A stretch of DNA of 64,000 nucleotides from Gemmatimonadota bacterium (lineage in GTDB: Bacteria > Gemmatimonadota > Gemmatimonadetes > Gemmatimonadales > GWC2-71-9). Numbering within the stretch: the first letter of the stretch is position 1; each line of letters begins with the position of its first letter. Of the stretch, positions 54,124-63,313 are shown one piece after another. Where the stretch lies: the NCBI GenBank assembly GCA_039590195.1, contig JBDHFY010000002.1, positions 4,660-68,659 of the forward strand, given 5' to 3'. Below the pieces are notes generated by a model that was given only the letters and a program-made list of their open reading frames with translations, was not told the origin of the DNA and made no database searches. Position numbers and translations under genes: made by a program.

Positions 54124-54794
54124 TGGAGTGGACCGTGATCGCCCTGCTCCTCGCGTGGAGCCTCGCGGTGGGGCTCGACCTCGTGAGCCTCGGCCAGTTC
54201 ATGCTGGCCCGCCCGCTCGTGGCCGGTCCCGTGGCGGGATGGATCCTGGGCGACCCGGCGACCGGGATGATGGTGGGAGTCATCCTCGAGCTCTTCGCGC
54301 TGGAGGTGCTTCCCCTCGGAGCGGCCCGCTACGCGGATTATGGGTTGGGCGCCGTGGCCGGCGCGGCTACGGCCGGTGGATCCCCTGGAGTTCTCGGAAT
54401 CGGACTCGGGATTGGGGTGGCGCTGTTGGTGGCTTGGTTGGGTGACCTGAGCATTTACGCAGTCCGTAGGGCGAACTCTGCCGACGTCAAACGGTGCCGT
54501 GGGGCCCTCGATGCAGGGGACATGAACACGATCACCGGGCTCCACTTTCGCGGCCTGTTGCGAGACGCTGTCAGGGCTCTGGCAGTGACCGCCGTGGGAC
54601 TGCTGCTGGCCCACGGCGTCCGTCGGTGGTCGCCGGTCGGCCTCGAAGAGGCGGTGCTTGTGAGTGTCGTGACCATAGGGGTGGCGCTGGCCACGGCGGG
54701 GACCGCCGGGCTGCGACTCTCGCGCGGGGGTCGCGGGATCGGGTGGTTGGCAGCCGGCGTCGCCGCCGGCACGCTCTGGCTGGTCGTCTGGTGA
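54123..54794 (+). CDS. PTS mannose-family EIIC membrane component (short)
   Basis: It is a polytopic protein in the canonical position between IIB and IID. The N-terminus LDLVSLGQFMLARPLVAGP resembles the ManY/EIIC family. The start abuts the EIIB stop (TGATG). Confidence 0.7.
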   Translation: MEWTVIALLLAWSLAVGLDLVSLGQFMLARPLVAGPVAGWILGDPATGMMVGVILELFALEVLPLGAARYADYGLGAVAGAATAGGSPGVLGIGLGIGVALLVAWLGDLSIYAVRRANSADVKRCRGALDAGDMNTITGLHFRGLLRDAVRALAVTAVGLLLAHGVRRWSPVGLEEAVLVSVVTIGVALATAGTAGLRLSRGGRGIGWLAAGVAAGTLWLVVW

Positions 54795-55531
54795 AGCAGG
54801 GCATGCTGACCGCGGCCGCCCGGCTCTTTGCCGTCCAGGGATCGTGGAATTACGAGCGACTTCAGGGAATTGGCGCGGCTGTGGCCATCGAGCCGCTCCT
54901 CCGCGATCTTCCAGGGGGGGTCGGCGGCGAGGCATATCGCAGCGCCATGCGACGGGCGGCGGAGTTCTTCAACACGCACCCGTACCTGGCGGGGCTGGCC
55001 CTGGGGGCCGTCGCCCGGGCCGAGCACACCGGCGTCGCGGGGAAGCAAATTGAGAGGCTGCGGTCGATCCTGAAGGGGCCGCTGGGCTCCGTCGGTGATC
55101 GGCTGGTGTGGGTCGGCGCGCTACCCATCGCGTCGGCGCTGGGGGTGTCGCTGGTGGCGCTGGGACGCCCCCTGGTCGGCGTCTTGGTCTTCCTCGGGGC
55201 GTTCAATGCGGTCCATCTCGGGATTCGGTTCTGGGGCCTTGGGACCGGATGGCGCCTGGGGGTCTCGGTAGCCCGTGCCCTTTCGACCCCGGCGTTTCAC
55301 TTTGGAATGAAGTACGCGGGCCCGATCGCCGCCCTCGCCGTGGGCTTCGCGCTCCCCCTGGTGGCGGTGTGGCTCACGGCGGGATTCGCACTCAATGCGA
55401 AGATCGGGGTCGCCGGTGTGGTGGTGGTAGGGGCCATACTCGCCAGGTGGATCGTACCGCGTCTGGGGGCCGCCCGGTTCGGGCTCGGGGCCATCGTGCT
55501 GACGTTGCTGGGAGGGGCTATTTGGCCGTGA
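54791..55531 (+). CDS. PTS mannose-family EIID membrane component (short)
   Basis: GTG 54791 overlaps the EIIC stop (GTGA). FAVQGSWNYERLQG.G....EP and FFNTHPYLA are EIID hallmarks. Confidence 0.75.
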   Translation: MKQGMLTAAARLFAVQGSWNYERLQGIGAAVAIEPLLRDLPGGVGGEAYRSAMRRAAEFFNTHPYLAGLALGAVARAEHTGVAGKQIERLRSILKGPLGSVGDRLVWVGALPIASALGVSLVALGRPLVGVLVFLGAFNAVHLGIRFWGLGTGWRLGVSVARALSTPAFHFGMKYAGPIAALAVGFALPLVAVWLTAGFALNAKIGVAGVVVVGAILARWIVPRLGAARFGLGAIVLTLLGGAIWP

Positions 55532-55794
55532 TCGAGCGCCGGATGAAGATCGTGAATCAGGCTGGGCTCCACGCTAGGCCGGCAGCTGAGTTCGTTAAGC
55601 TCACGGCCCGCTTCACATCGGATATTACCGTCACCAACGGTGACATGTCCGTGAACGGAAAGAGCATCTTGGGGGTGATGACCCTGGCCGCCGAGTGCGG
55701 AACCCTGTTGACGGTCCGGGCCGCCGGCGACGACGCGGAAGAAGCCATCGTCGCCGTGGAGAAGCTGATCGCCCGGGGATTTGAGGAGGAATGA
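55528..55794 (+). CDS. ptsH: Phosphocarrier protein HPr
   Basis: GTG 55528 overlaps the EIID stop (GTGA). It carries GLHARPA (His-15 context) and NGKSILGVM (Ser-46 context), and is 88 aa long. Confidence 0.85.
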   Translation: MIERRMKIVNQAGLHARPAAEFVKLTARFTSDITVTNGDMSVNGKSILGVMTLAAECGTLLTVRAAGDDAEEAIVAVEKLIARGFEEE

Positions 55795-57593
55795 GCGATC
55801 CCAGAATATTGACCGGACTCGGCGTGTCGCCGGGGTATGTCGTGGGCCGGGCCTACGTCATTCCCTGGGGGCTGCCCGACGTGCCTCACCGAGTGATCTC
55901 CCAGAGGGAGATCACGAGTGAGATCGATCGCCTCCAGGGGGCCGTCGATGCCGTCCGCCGGCACCTGGAGGGCTTCCGGGAACGTACCGCCCACCGGGCA
56001 GGTCCCTCGGAGGCGAAGATCTTCGACGCCCAGATCCTGATGCTCGAGGACGTCGAGTTCATGTCGGAGGTCGAGCGACTCATACGAGAGAACCAGCTCT
56101 CCGCGGAGCGCGCCTTCGAGTTCAAGGCTCTGGAGGTCCGAGCGCTCTGGGCGCAATCGGGCAGCCCGGTGCTGCGGCAACGCCAGGCGGATCTGGCCGG
56201 AATCAGTGTACGGGTGCTCCATCAGTTGCTTGGCCACTCGCTCGACGAACTCCTCGATCAGCCAGACGAGCCGGTGATCGTCTTCACTCAGCAGCTCACA
56301 CCAGACCTGACCGTCGAGTTTGACAGAGACCAGGTCATCGGGTTTGCGAGCGTGCAGGGGACGCGCACTTCGCACGCCGCCATCCTCGCCCACAGCCTGG
56401 GGATTCCGTGCGTCATGGGTCTCGTGGGAGGCCTCGAAAAGATCGAGCACGGCATGTCCGTCATTTTGGACGGCACCCACGGCACGGTCCTGCTGGAGCC
56501 CAGTATCGAGGAGGTGGCCGAGGCCAACGCCAAGGAACAGAGGCTCCAGGCCCTCGAGCGCGAGCTCGAGCGAGTGGTGGGCCAACCGGGAGTCACCGCT
56601 GACGGGGTGTTGATCTCGTTGCGCGGCAACGTGGATCTGCCTGAGGAGCTGAATCAGGCTGTAGAACATGGGGCAGAGGGGGTCGGGCTCGTCCGGACCG
56701 AGTTTCTCATCGTGGGGCGAACCGAGCTTCCGCAGGAGGACGAGCAGGCGCGGTACTTCGAGCTGGTGGCCTCGCGGTTTCCGGACCAGCCGGTGGTAAT
56801 CCGGAGCTACGACCTGGGTGGCGACACCTTCCCGGCCCCCTTCCGGGCCCCCGCGGAGGCGAACCCCTTCCTCGGGTGGCGGGCGATTCGCGTCTGCCTC
56901 GACCATCCGGATGTGCTGCGAACCCAGATTCGGGCGATTCTCCGGGCTCGGGCCGCCGGTGACGTCCAATTGATGCTTCCTCTGATCACACAGGTCGAGG
57001 AGCTCGATGCGGCCCGGGAAGTTGTCGAGCAGGCACGGGAGGAGCTGGTGCGGGAGGGGGTGAGGGCCGGGTCGGACCTGCCCGTCGGTGTGATGATCGA
57101 AACCCCAGCGGCCGTGTATCTCGCCGAGGAGTTGGCGAAGCGGAGCGATTTTCTGAGCGTGGGCACTAACGACCTGACTCAGTACATCCTGGCGGTCGAC
57201 CGGAGCAACGCCCGGCTAGCCCACCGGTTCACGCCGTTTCACCCTGCCGTCGTCAGAGCACTGAAGATCATCGCCGACGCGGGGACTCGTGAGGGACGGG
57301 CGGTGAGCGTGTGTGGGGAAATGGCATCGGAACCTCTCGCAGCGTTTCTGTTGCTCGGTCTGGGGTACCGCGTGTTGAGTGTGTCCCCACCGCGACTTCC
57401 CCTTGTTCGTTGGCTCATTCGGCAGATTGACGTGAGCGCGGCGAAGCAGGCCGGCGAGAGTGTCTTGCAAGCTGCGACGACGCAAGAGATCACCGCGATT
57501 TTGACCGAGGGTATCGTGGAGTTCATTGACCTCGGACTCCTCGAAGCAGGGCAGTTGCCCGCCGCTCGTGCGCCTACTACCTTGAACAGCTAA
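55791..57593 (+). CDS. ptsI: Phosphoenolpyruvate--protein phosphotransferase (PTS Enzyme I)
   Basis: ATGA overlap with ptsH. Motifs are GTRTSHAAILA (active-site His), GLVRTEF and SVGTNDLTQY. Confidence 0.9.
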   Translation: MSDPRILTGLGVSPGYVVGRAYVIPWGLPDVPHRVISQREITSEIDRLQGAVDAVRRHLEGFRERTAHRAGPSEAKIFDAQILMLEDVEFMSEVERLIRENQLSAERAFEFKALEVRALWAQSGSPVLRQRQADLAGISVRVLHQLLGHSLDELLDQPDEPVIVFTQQLTPDLTVEFDRDQVIGFASVQGTRTSHAAILAHSLGIPCVMGLVGGLEKIEHGMSVILDGTHGTVLLEPSIEEVAEANAKEQRLQALERELERVVGQPGVTADGVLISLRGNVDLPEELNQAVEHGAEGVGLVRTEFLIVGRTELPQEDEQARYFELVASRFPDQPVVIRSYDLGGDTFPAPFRAPAEANPFLGWRAIRVCLDHPDVLRTQIRAILRARAAGDVQLMLPLITQVEELDAAREVVEQAREELVREGVRAGSDLPVGVMIETPAAVYLAEELAKRSDFLSVGTNDLTQYILAVDRSNARLAHRFTPFHPAVVRALKIIADAGTREGRAVSVCGEMASEPLAAFLLLGLGYRVLSVSPPRLPLVRWLIRQIDVSAAKQAGESVLQAATTQEITAILTEGIVEFIDLGLLEAGQLPAARAPTTLNS

Positions 57594-57650
57594 CGCACAG
57601 CCGCCGAAAAGGTGTGCCCCCGCCGGGTGACACCCACCGTTTGGAGCGTT

Positions 57651-58856
<1,206 letters not shown>

Positions 58857-58889
58857 AGGGTCACCCGAGATACGAAAAGCGATTGGAAG

Positions 58890-60422
58890 ATGGTGAAAAC
58901 AGCCGAAGCGGTCGAACCCGCTGTCGATTCCGTCGACGGTGATGTGGATACCCCTGGTGCGGCGACCAAGCGTGCCGTTGGACCCAACGACTCTTATGAA
59001 GTCGCGGATCTGAGCCTCGCCGATTTCGGGAGGCGGGAGATCAGTCTCGCCGAGCATGAGATGCCGGGATTGATGGCCCTACGCAAGCGATATGCCGGAC
59101 AAAACCCGCTCGCGGGGGCAAAGGTATCCGGCAGTCTTCACATGACGGTGCAGACCGCCGTATTGATCGAGACTTTGGTGGACCTCGGCGCCGATGTGCG
59201 GTGGGCGAGCTGCAACATCTTTTCCACTCAGGACCACGCCGCGGCCGCCGTTGCCGTAGGACGCAACGGTACCCCGGACAATCCCAAGGGCACCGCCGTC
59301 TTTGCCTGGAAAGGCGAGACGCTCGAGGAGTACTGGTTGTGCGCTGAGCGGGCCCTTCGTTGGCCTGACGGCTCGGCCCCCGACCTGCTCGTAGACGACG
59401 GCGGAGACGCCACACTTCTCGTTCATCGCGGAGCGGAGTTCGAGGCTGCCGGGAGCATCCCCGACTTCGACCCGGAGAACGAGCCCGAGGAGTGGGGTGT
59501 GATTCTGGAGCTGCTTCGCAGCGAACATGCGAAGCGTTCGGGAAGATGGACCGCGGCGGCCAAGAGCATCAGGGGGGTGAGTGAGGAAACGACGACGGGT
59601 GTGCATCGACTCTACCAAATGGCAGAGGCGGGAACACTGCAATTCCCGGCGATTAACGTCAATGACTCGGTGACGAAGAGCAAGTTCGACAACATCTACG
59701 GCTGTCGTCATTCGCTCCTCGATGGCCTCGCGCGGGCGACCGACGTGATGTTGGGCGGTAAGGTCGCTGTCGTCTGCGGCTATGGCGAGGTCGGCAAAGG
59801 CTGCGCGCAGGCGCTTCGCGGGCAGGGGTGTCGTGTGGTGGTCACGGAGATCGATCCGGTCTGTGCCTTGCAGGCGGCGATGGAGGGTTATGAGGTCACG
59901 ACCCTCGAGAGCGTGATGGAGAGCGCCGACATCTTCGTTACGGCGACCGGCAATTATCATATCATCACCGCCGAGCACATGCGGCGGATGAAGGACAAGG
60001 CCATTGTCGGTAACATCGGTCATTTCGATAACGAGATCGACATGGCCGGCCTGAAGAAGGTGTCAGGTATCGAAAAGCGCAACATCAAGCCCCAGTACGA
60101 CGAGTGGATCTTCCCGGACGGTCACAGCGTGATGATCCTGGCCGAGGGCCGTCTGCTGAATCTCGGGTGCGCCACGGGCCATCCGAGTTTTGTGATGTCT
60201 GCATCGTTCACTAATCAGGTGCTTGCCCAACTCGAATTGTGGCAGCATGCGGATAAGTACGAAAAGAAAGTGTACATGCTCCCGAAGACGCTGGATGAAG
60301 AAGTGGCGAGGCTGCATCTCGACCACATCGGTGTCGAGCTGACGAAGCTCACCAAGGAGCAGGCTGATTACATCGGGGTACCGGTGGAGGGACCCTACAA
60401 ACCTGACCACTACCGGTATTAG
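58890..60422 (+). CDS. ahcY: Adenosylhomocysteinase
   Basis: The motifs are [23 protein letters not shown], the NAD site GYG.VGKG and GHFDNEID, ending in the tail ..YKPDHYRY. Confidence 0.95.
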   Translation: MVKTAEAVEPAVDSVDGDVDTPGAATKRAVGPNDSYEVADLSLADFGRREISLAEHEMPGLMALRKRYAGQNPLAGAKVSGSLHMTVQTAVLIETLVDLGADVRWASCNIFSTQDHAAAAVAVGRNGTPDNPKGTAVFAWKGETLEEYWLCAERALRWPDGSAPDLLVDDGGDATLLVHRGAEFEAAGSIPDFDPENEPEEWGVILELLRSEHAKRSGRWTAAAKSIRGVSEETTTGVHRLYQMAEAGTLQFPAINVNDSVTKSKFDNIYGCRHSLLDGLARATDVMLGGKVAVVCGYGEVGKGCAQALRGQGCRVVVTEIDPVCALQAAMEGYEVTTLESVMESADIFVTATGNYHIITAEHMRRMKDKAIVGNIGHFDNEIDMAGLKKVSGIEKRNIKPQYDEWIFPDGHSVMILAEGRLLNLGCATGHPSFVMSASFTNQVLAQLELWQHADKYEKKVYMLPKTLDEEVARLHLDHIGVELTKLTKEQADYIGVPVEGPYKPDHYRY

Positions 60423-60492
60423 TGGGAAGATCGATCAGCTTGCGCATGCTCACTTGCTTCCCCTTGGTGTTGCCCACTCGATTCAGTTTGTC

Positions 60493-60525
60493 GCTGGCAG
60501 CTGGCAGCTGGCAGCTGGCGGCTGG
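60493..60525. repeat. Tandem 7-nt array (GCTGGCA)3 GCTGGCG GCTGG
   Basis: Read directly from the sequence. It lies 22 nt upstream of the nuclease start and just before the GAGGGGAGGGGGGAAG purine run. Confidence 0.95.
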
Positions 60526-60546
60526 TGAAGAGGGGAGGGGGGAAGC

Positions 60547-61044
60547 ATGATCGAAGTGACCGTCGCCCACTTGGGATTGGATCAGAAGACCAATACGCCA
60601 GTCGTGATCCTGCAGGAGAAGGGTGGGGAGCGTGTACTCTCGATCTGGATTGGTCCGGCAGAGGCGAGCGCGATCGCCATGGAACTCGCCGGCATCAAAT
60701 TCGCGCGTCCGCTCACCCACGATCTCCTCCGGCAGGTAGTCGTCGGACTCGGAGCGGAGCTGGACCGTGTTGTGATCACGCGTGTGAAAGACAACACGTA
60801 TTACGCTGAGCTGCATATCCACCGGGACGACCACGTGGTACAGATCGATGCCCGGCCGTCGGACAGCATTGCCGTCGCGTTGCGGTTGAAATCGCCGATC
60901 TTCACGAGCGAGGAACTCCTGAACAGCAGTGAATCGATTGATGCTGTCGATCCGACGCAACAGCCCGGTCCGCTCGACGCCGACCAGCTCAAGAACTACC
61001 TCCAGAATCTGGATCCTGAAGATTTCGGCAAGTTCACTCCGTAA
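60547..61044 (+). CDS. Bifunctional nuclease family protein (DUF151)
   Basis: PVVILQEKGGERVLSIWIG..EA.AIA......KF.RPLTHDL and Y.AEL are typical of the DUF151/BFN family. Confidence 0.75.
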   Translation: MIEVTVAHLGLDQKTNTPVVILQEKGGERVLSIWIGPAEASAIAMELAGIKFARPLTHDLLRQVVVGLGAELDRVVITRVKDNTYYAELHIHRDDHVVQIDARPSDSIAVALRLKSPIFTSEELLNSSESIDAVDPTQQPGPLDADQLKNYLQNLDPEDFGKFTP

Positions 61045-62167
61045 GGGGAGCTTCGTAGCGCTGATTGCCCTGAGCCTGCCGGCAGCCGCCGCAGCTCAGG
61101 GCTTTCGTTTGAGTGGGCGGGTTTTCCTTCCTAGCGACGCCGACACCGTCCCGTTGGTGAATCACTGGGTCGTGCTGCATCAGGTGAAGGCCCAGGGCGG
61201 TGACGCTGTGGATTCCAGCCGCACGGACCGGTTTGGCGTTTATCAGCTGCGCGCGCCGGAGCGCGACACCGCGGCGGTTTACCTGGCCAGTGTCAGATAT
61301 AGGGGCATAGCCTACTTCTCGGTGCCGGTGCATGCCATCGGGATTACGACGGATACCGCCTCCACGCTCTTCGTGTACGACACCTCGAGCGTGGAACCAC
61401 TCGTCACGACCGCCCAGCGGCAGATCGTCGTACGCGCCCCGGAGTCCAACGGCACTCGCTCCGTCCTCGAGTTGATCGTGTTACGCAACCAGGGAACCCT
61501 CACCCGAATCACCAATGACACTGCCCATCCGGTATGGCAAAGCGCCATCCCGCCCGGCGCGGTGAATCTTCAAGCTGGAGACAGTGACATCAGCGCGGCG
61601 GCCGTGTACCGCCGCGGGGACTCGGTAGCCGTGCTGGCACCCGTCGAGCCCGGCGAGAAGCGAATTGTCTTCAGCTACCTGCTGCCGCCCGCGACATCGA
61701 GGGTGTCCTTTCCCATCGACCAGGCTGTGGGACGACTGCAGGTGTTGATCGAGGATACAACTGCGATCGTTGAGGAGGGCCCGGTTGCCTACCTGGGGGT
61801 GGAGGCGGTGGAGAGGTTGCGGCTTGCGAACTTCGAAGGCCTCACCGTTCCCATGGGCTCCACCGTCGTGTTCCGGTTGTCCAATCCGGGTTTTGCGATG
61901 ACCGAGCTTGCGCCGTTCGTCGTGGTGGTGGCGGCACTGGCGCTGTTTGGGGGTCTGTGGTGGTGGTGGCGGCGCCGCGCTCCCGTTGCGGCGGTGTTGG
62001 GCGACGATCCTGACGTGCTGGCAGGACAGATCGCCCTGCTGGACGACGCGATCGAGGCGAGAGCGGCCTCTGCGACTGATGCCGAACAGGCGGCCTACGC
62101 CAAGCGGCGAGCCGAGCTCAAAGCTCAACTTGTGGCCGCTCTTGCGCGGCGCGGTCCTCAAAGCTAG
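60929..62167 (+). CDS. Hypothetical exported protein with C-terminal TM anchor (start unresolved)
   Basis: It has a signal-like segment (SFVALIALSLPAAAAAQG), a beta-rich body and a TM helix (LAPFVVVVAALALFGGLWWWW). No canonical start codon lies between the nuclease stop and the signal peptide, so the listed start gives a 116-nt overlap. Confidence 0.4.
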   Translation: MNRLMLSIRRNSPVRSTPTSSRTTSRIWILKISASSLRKGSFVALIALSLPAAAAAQGFRLSGRVFLPSDADTVPLVNHWVVLHQVKAQGGDAVDSSRTDRFGVYQLRAPERDTAAVYLASVRYRGIAYFSVPVHAIGITTDTASTLFVYDTSSVEPLVTTAQRQIVVRAPESNGTRSVLELIVLRNQGTLTRITNDTAHPVWQSAIPPGAVNLQAGDSDISAAAVYRRGDSVAVLAPVEPGEKRIVFSYLLPPATSRVSFPIDQAVGRLQVLIEDTTAIVEEGPVAYLGVEAVERLRLANFEGLTVPMGSTVVFRLSNPGFAMTELAPFVVVVAALALFGGLWWWWRRRAPVAAVLGDDPDVLAGQIALLDDAIEARAASATDAEQAAYAKRRAELKAQLVAALARRGPQS

Positions 62168-62174
62168 GGTATCC

Positions 62175-62345
62175 AGTAGAGAAAAAATCGGTGCCTGTAG
62201 CGAACGGGGGAGACGGAAGCCGGTGTGAGACCGGCGCGGCCCCGCCACTGTAACGGGCAAGAATCGGCCGGCTCATTAGCCACTGGGAAAACCGGGAAGG
62301 CGAGTCGGCGGCCCGAAGCCAGGAGACGTCTTCGTTCGCACCACC
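62175..62345 (+). promoter_or_regulatory. Cobalamin (B12) riboswitch
   Basis: Conserved blocks read in order are GGTGCC, GGGGAGACGGAAGCCGGTGTGAGACCGGCGCGGCCCCGCCACTGTAACGGG, GCCACTGGGAAAACCGGGAAGGCG, and the B12 box GAAGCCAGGAGACG. It lies immediately upstream of a BtuF/BtuC-type operon. The boundaries are approximate. Confidence 0.8.
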
Positions 62346-62374
62346 TCGAGGTCCCTCGTGGGAGGGATGGTGGA

Positions 62375-63313
62375 ATGAGTCGATCACTCCTGTCTTCCGA
62401 ACGCGCTCGCGACTTTCCTGAAGCGGAAAGCGTGAGCGTTTTGCGTTGCTGCGTTCTCGCGGTCGTCATCGGTCTCGGCGCGTGCGCTTCCGAAGAGTCT
62501 CAACAACGAGAAGGCGTCTTCGACGATCTCGGCCGGTTCGTTACCCTCGACCGTCCGGCCCAACGCATCGTTTCCCTCTCGCCTGCCACCACGGAGCTAC
62601 TCTTCGCCATCGGCGCCGGGGATCTGATGGTGGGTCGCACACGCTGGGCGGAATACCCTCCCGCAGCACTCGACGTGCCGAACGTGGGTGACGGTCTCGA
62701 CCCCAACGTCGAGTTGATTGCCGCACAGCAGCCGGATCTGGTCGTATTCTATGCCTCCCCCTCGAACGCACAGGCGATCGAGTTGCTGGATCGGCTCGGG
62801 ATCGCGTCGGTCAATGTCCGTATGGATAGCCTGGGTAGCGTTCCCCGCGCCGCGCGTCTGCTGGGTGGACTCAGCGGCACCGGCTCGCGAGCCGACAGCA
62901 TGGCCAACGCGTTCCAGGTACGACTCGATTCCGCCCGCGGTGCGTCCGGGATCGGCAGTGGGCCGCGAGTCATGATTCTGAGTTGGGACAACCCACCGAT
63001 CATCATCGGCGCGCTCAGTTTCTTGAGCCAGTTGTTGGGACTCGCCGGTGCCATGAACGTCTTCGCCGATGTGGAGCGTCCCTCAGCGACGGTGACCATG
63101 GAGACGATTGCCGAGCGCAACCCGGAACTCGTGTTGCTGGTCGGCGGCAACGAGCTCCCCGAGTTTGCGGAGCGACCCGAGTGGCAGGTCGTCCGGGCCG
63201 TGCGCGAGCGCCGCTTCGTGCGCGTCGAAGGAAGCGAGTTCAGTTGGCCCACGTTCCGGGCTTTGGAAGCAGTCGGACGCCTCCGCGCCGCCCTAGTGGC
63301 GGCGAGACAATGA
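62375..63313 (+). CDS. ABC transporter periplasmic substrate-binding lipoprotein, BtuF/FecB-like (cobalamin/siderophore class)
   Basis: ATG 62375 follows the riboswitch, whereas the 62225 start in the track lies inside it. The lipobox is VIGLGAC. RIVSLSPATTELLFAIGAGD..VG is the cluster-A/TroA-BtuF pattern. Confidence 0.75.
   Translation: MSRSLLSSERARDFPEAESVSVLRCCVLAVVIGLGACASEESQQREGVFDDLGRFVTLDRPAQRIVSLSPATTELLFAIGAGDLMVGRTRWAEYPPAALDVPNVGDGLDPNVELIAAQQPDLVVFYASPSNAQAIELLDRLGIASVNVRMDSLGSVPRAARLLGGLSGTGSRADSMANAFQVRLDSARGASGIGSGPRVMILSWDNPPIIIGALSFLSQLLGLAGAMNVFADVERPSATVTMETIAERNPELVLLVGGNELPEFAERPEWQVVRAVRERRFVRVEGSEFSWPTFRALEAVGRLRAALVAARQ

Noticed and set aside
57594-57650. A SAM riboswitch or other leader ahead of metK/ahcY.
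   Set aside because: The gap is 57 nt with only a weak hairpin. That is too short for any SAM-riboswitch class I know, and no conserved blocks were seen.
60493-60525. Sigma-54 promoter, because of the repeated TGGCA motif.
   Set aside because: No TTGC(A/T) element lies at the required 4-5 nt spacing after any TGGCA, and no rpoN or enhancer-binding protein is nearby.
61076-61098. A partial inverted match (ctgccggcagccgccgcagctca) to the GCTGGCA array, which would bracket the nuclease gene as the 4HB cassette is bracketed.
   Set aside because: The match is short and degenerate, and it is fully explained by Ala codons of a signal peptide (LPAAAAAQ) in GC-rich DNA.
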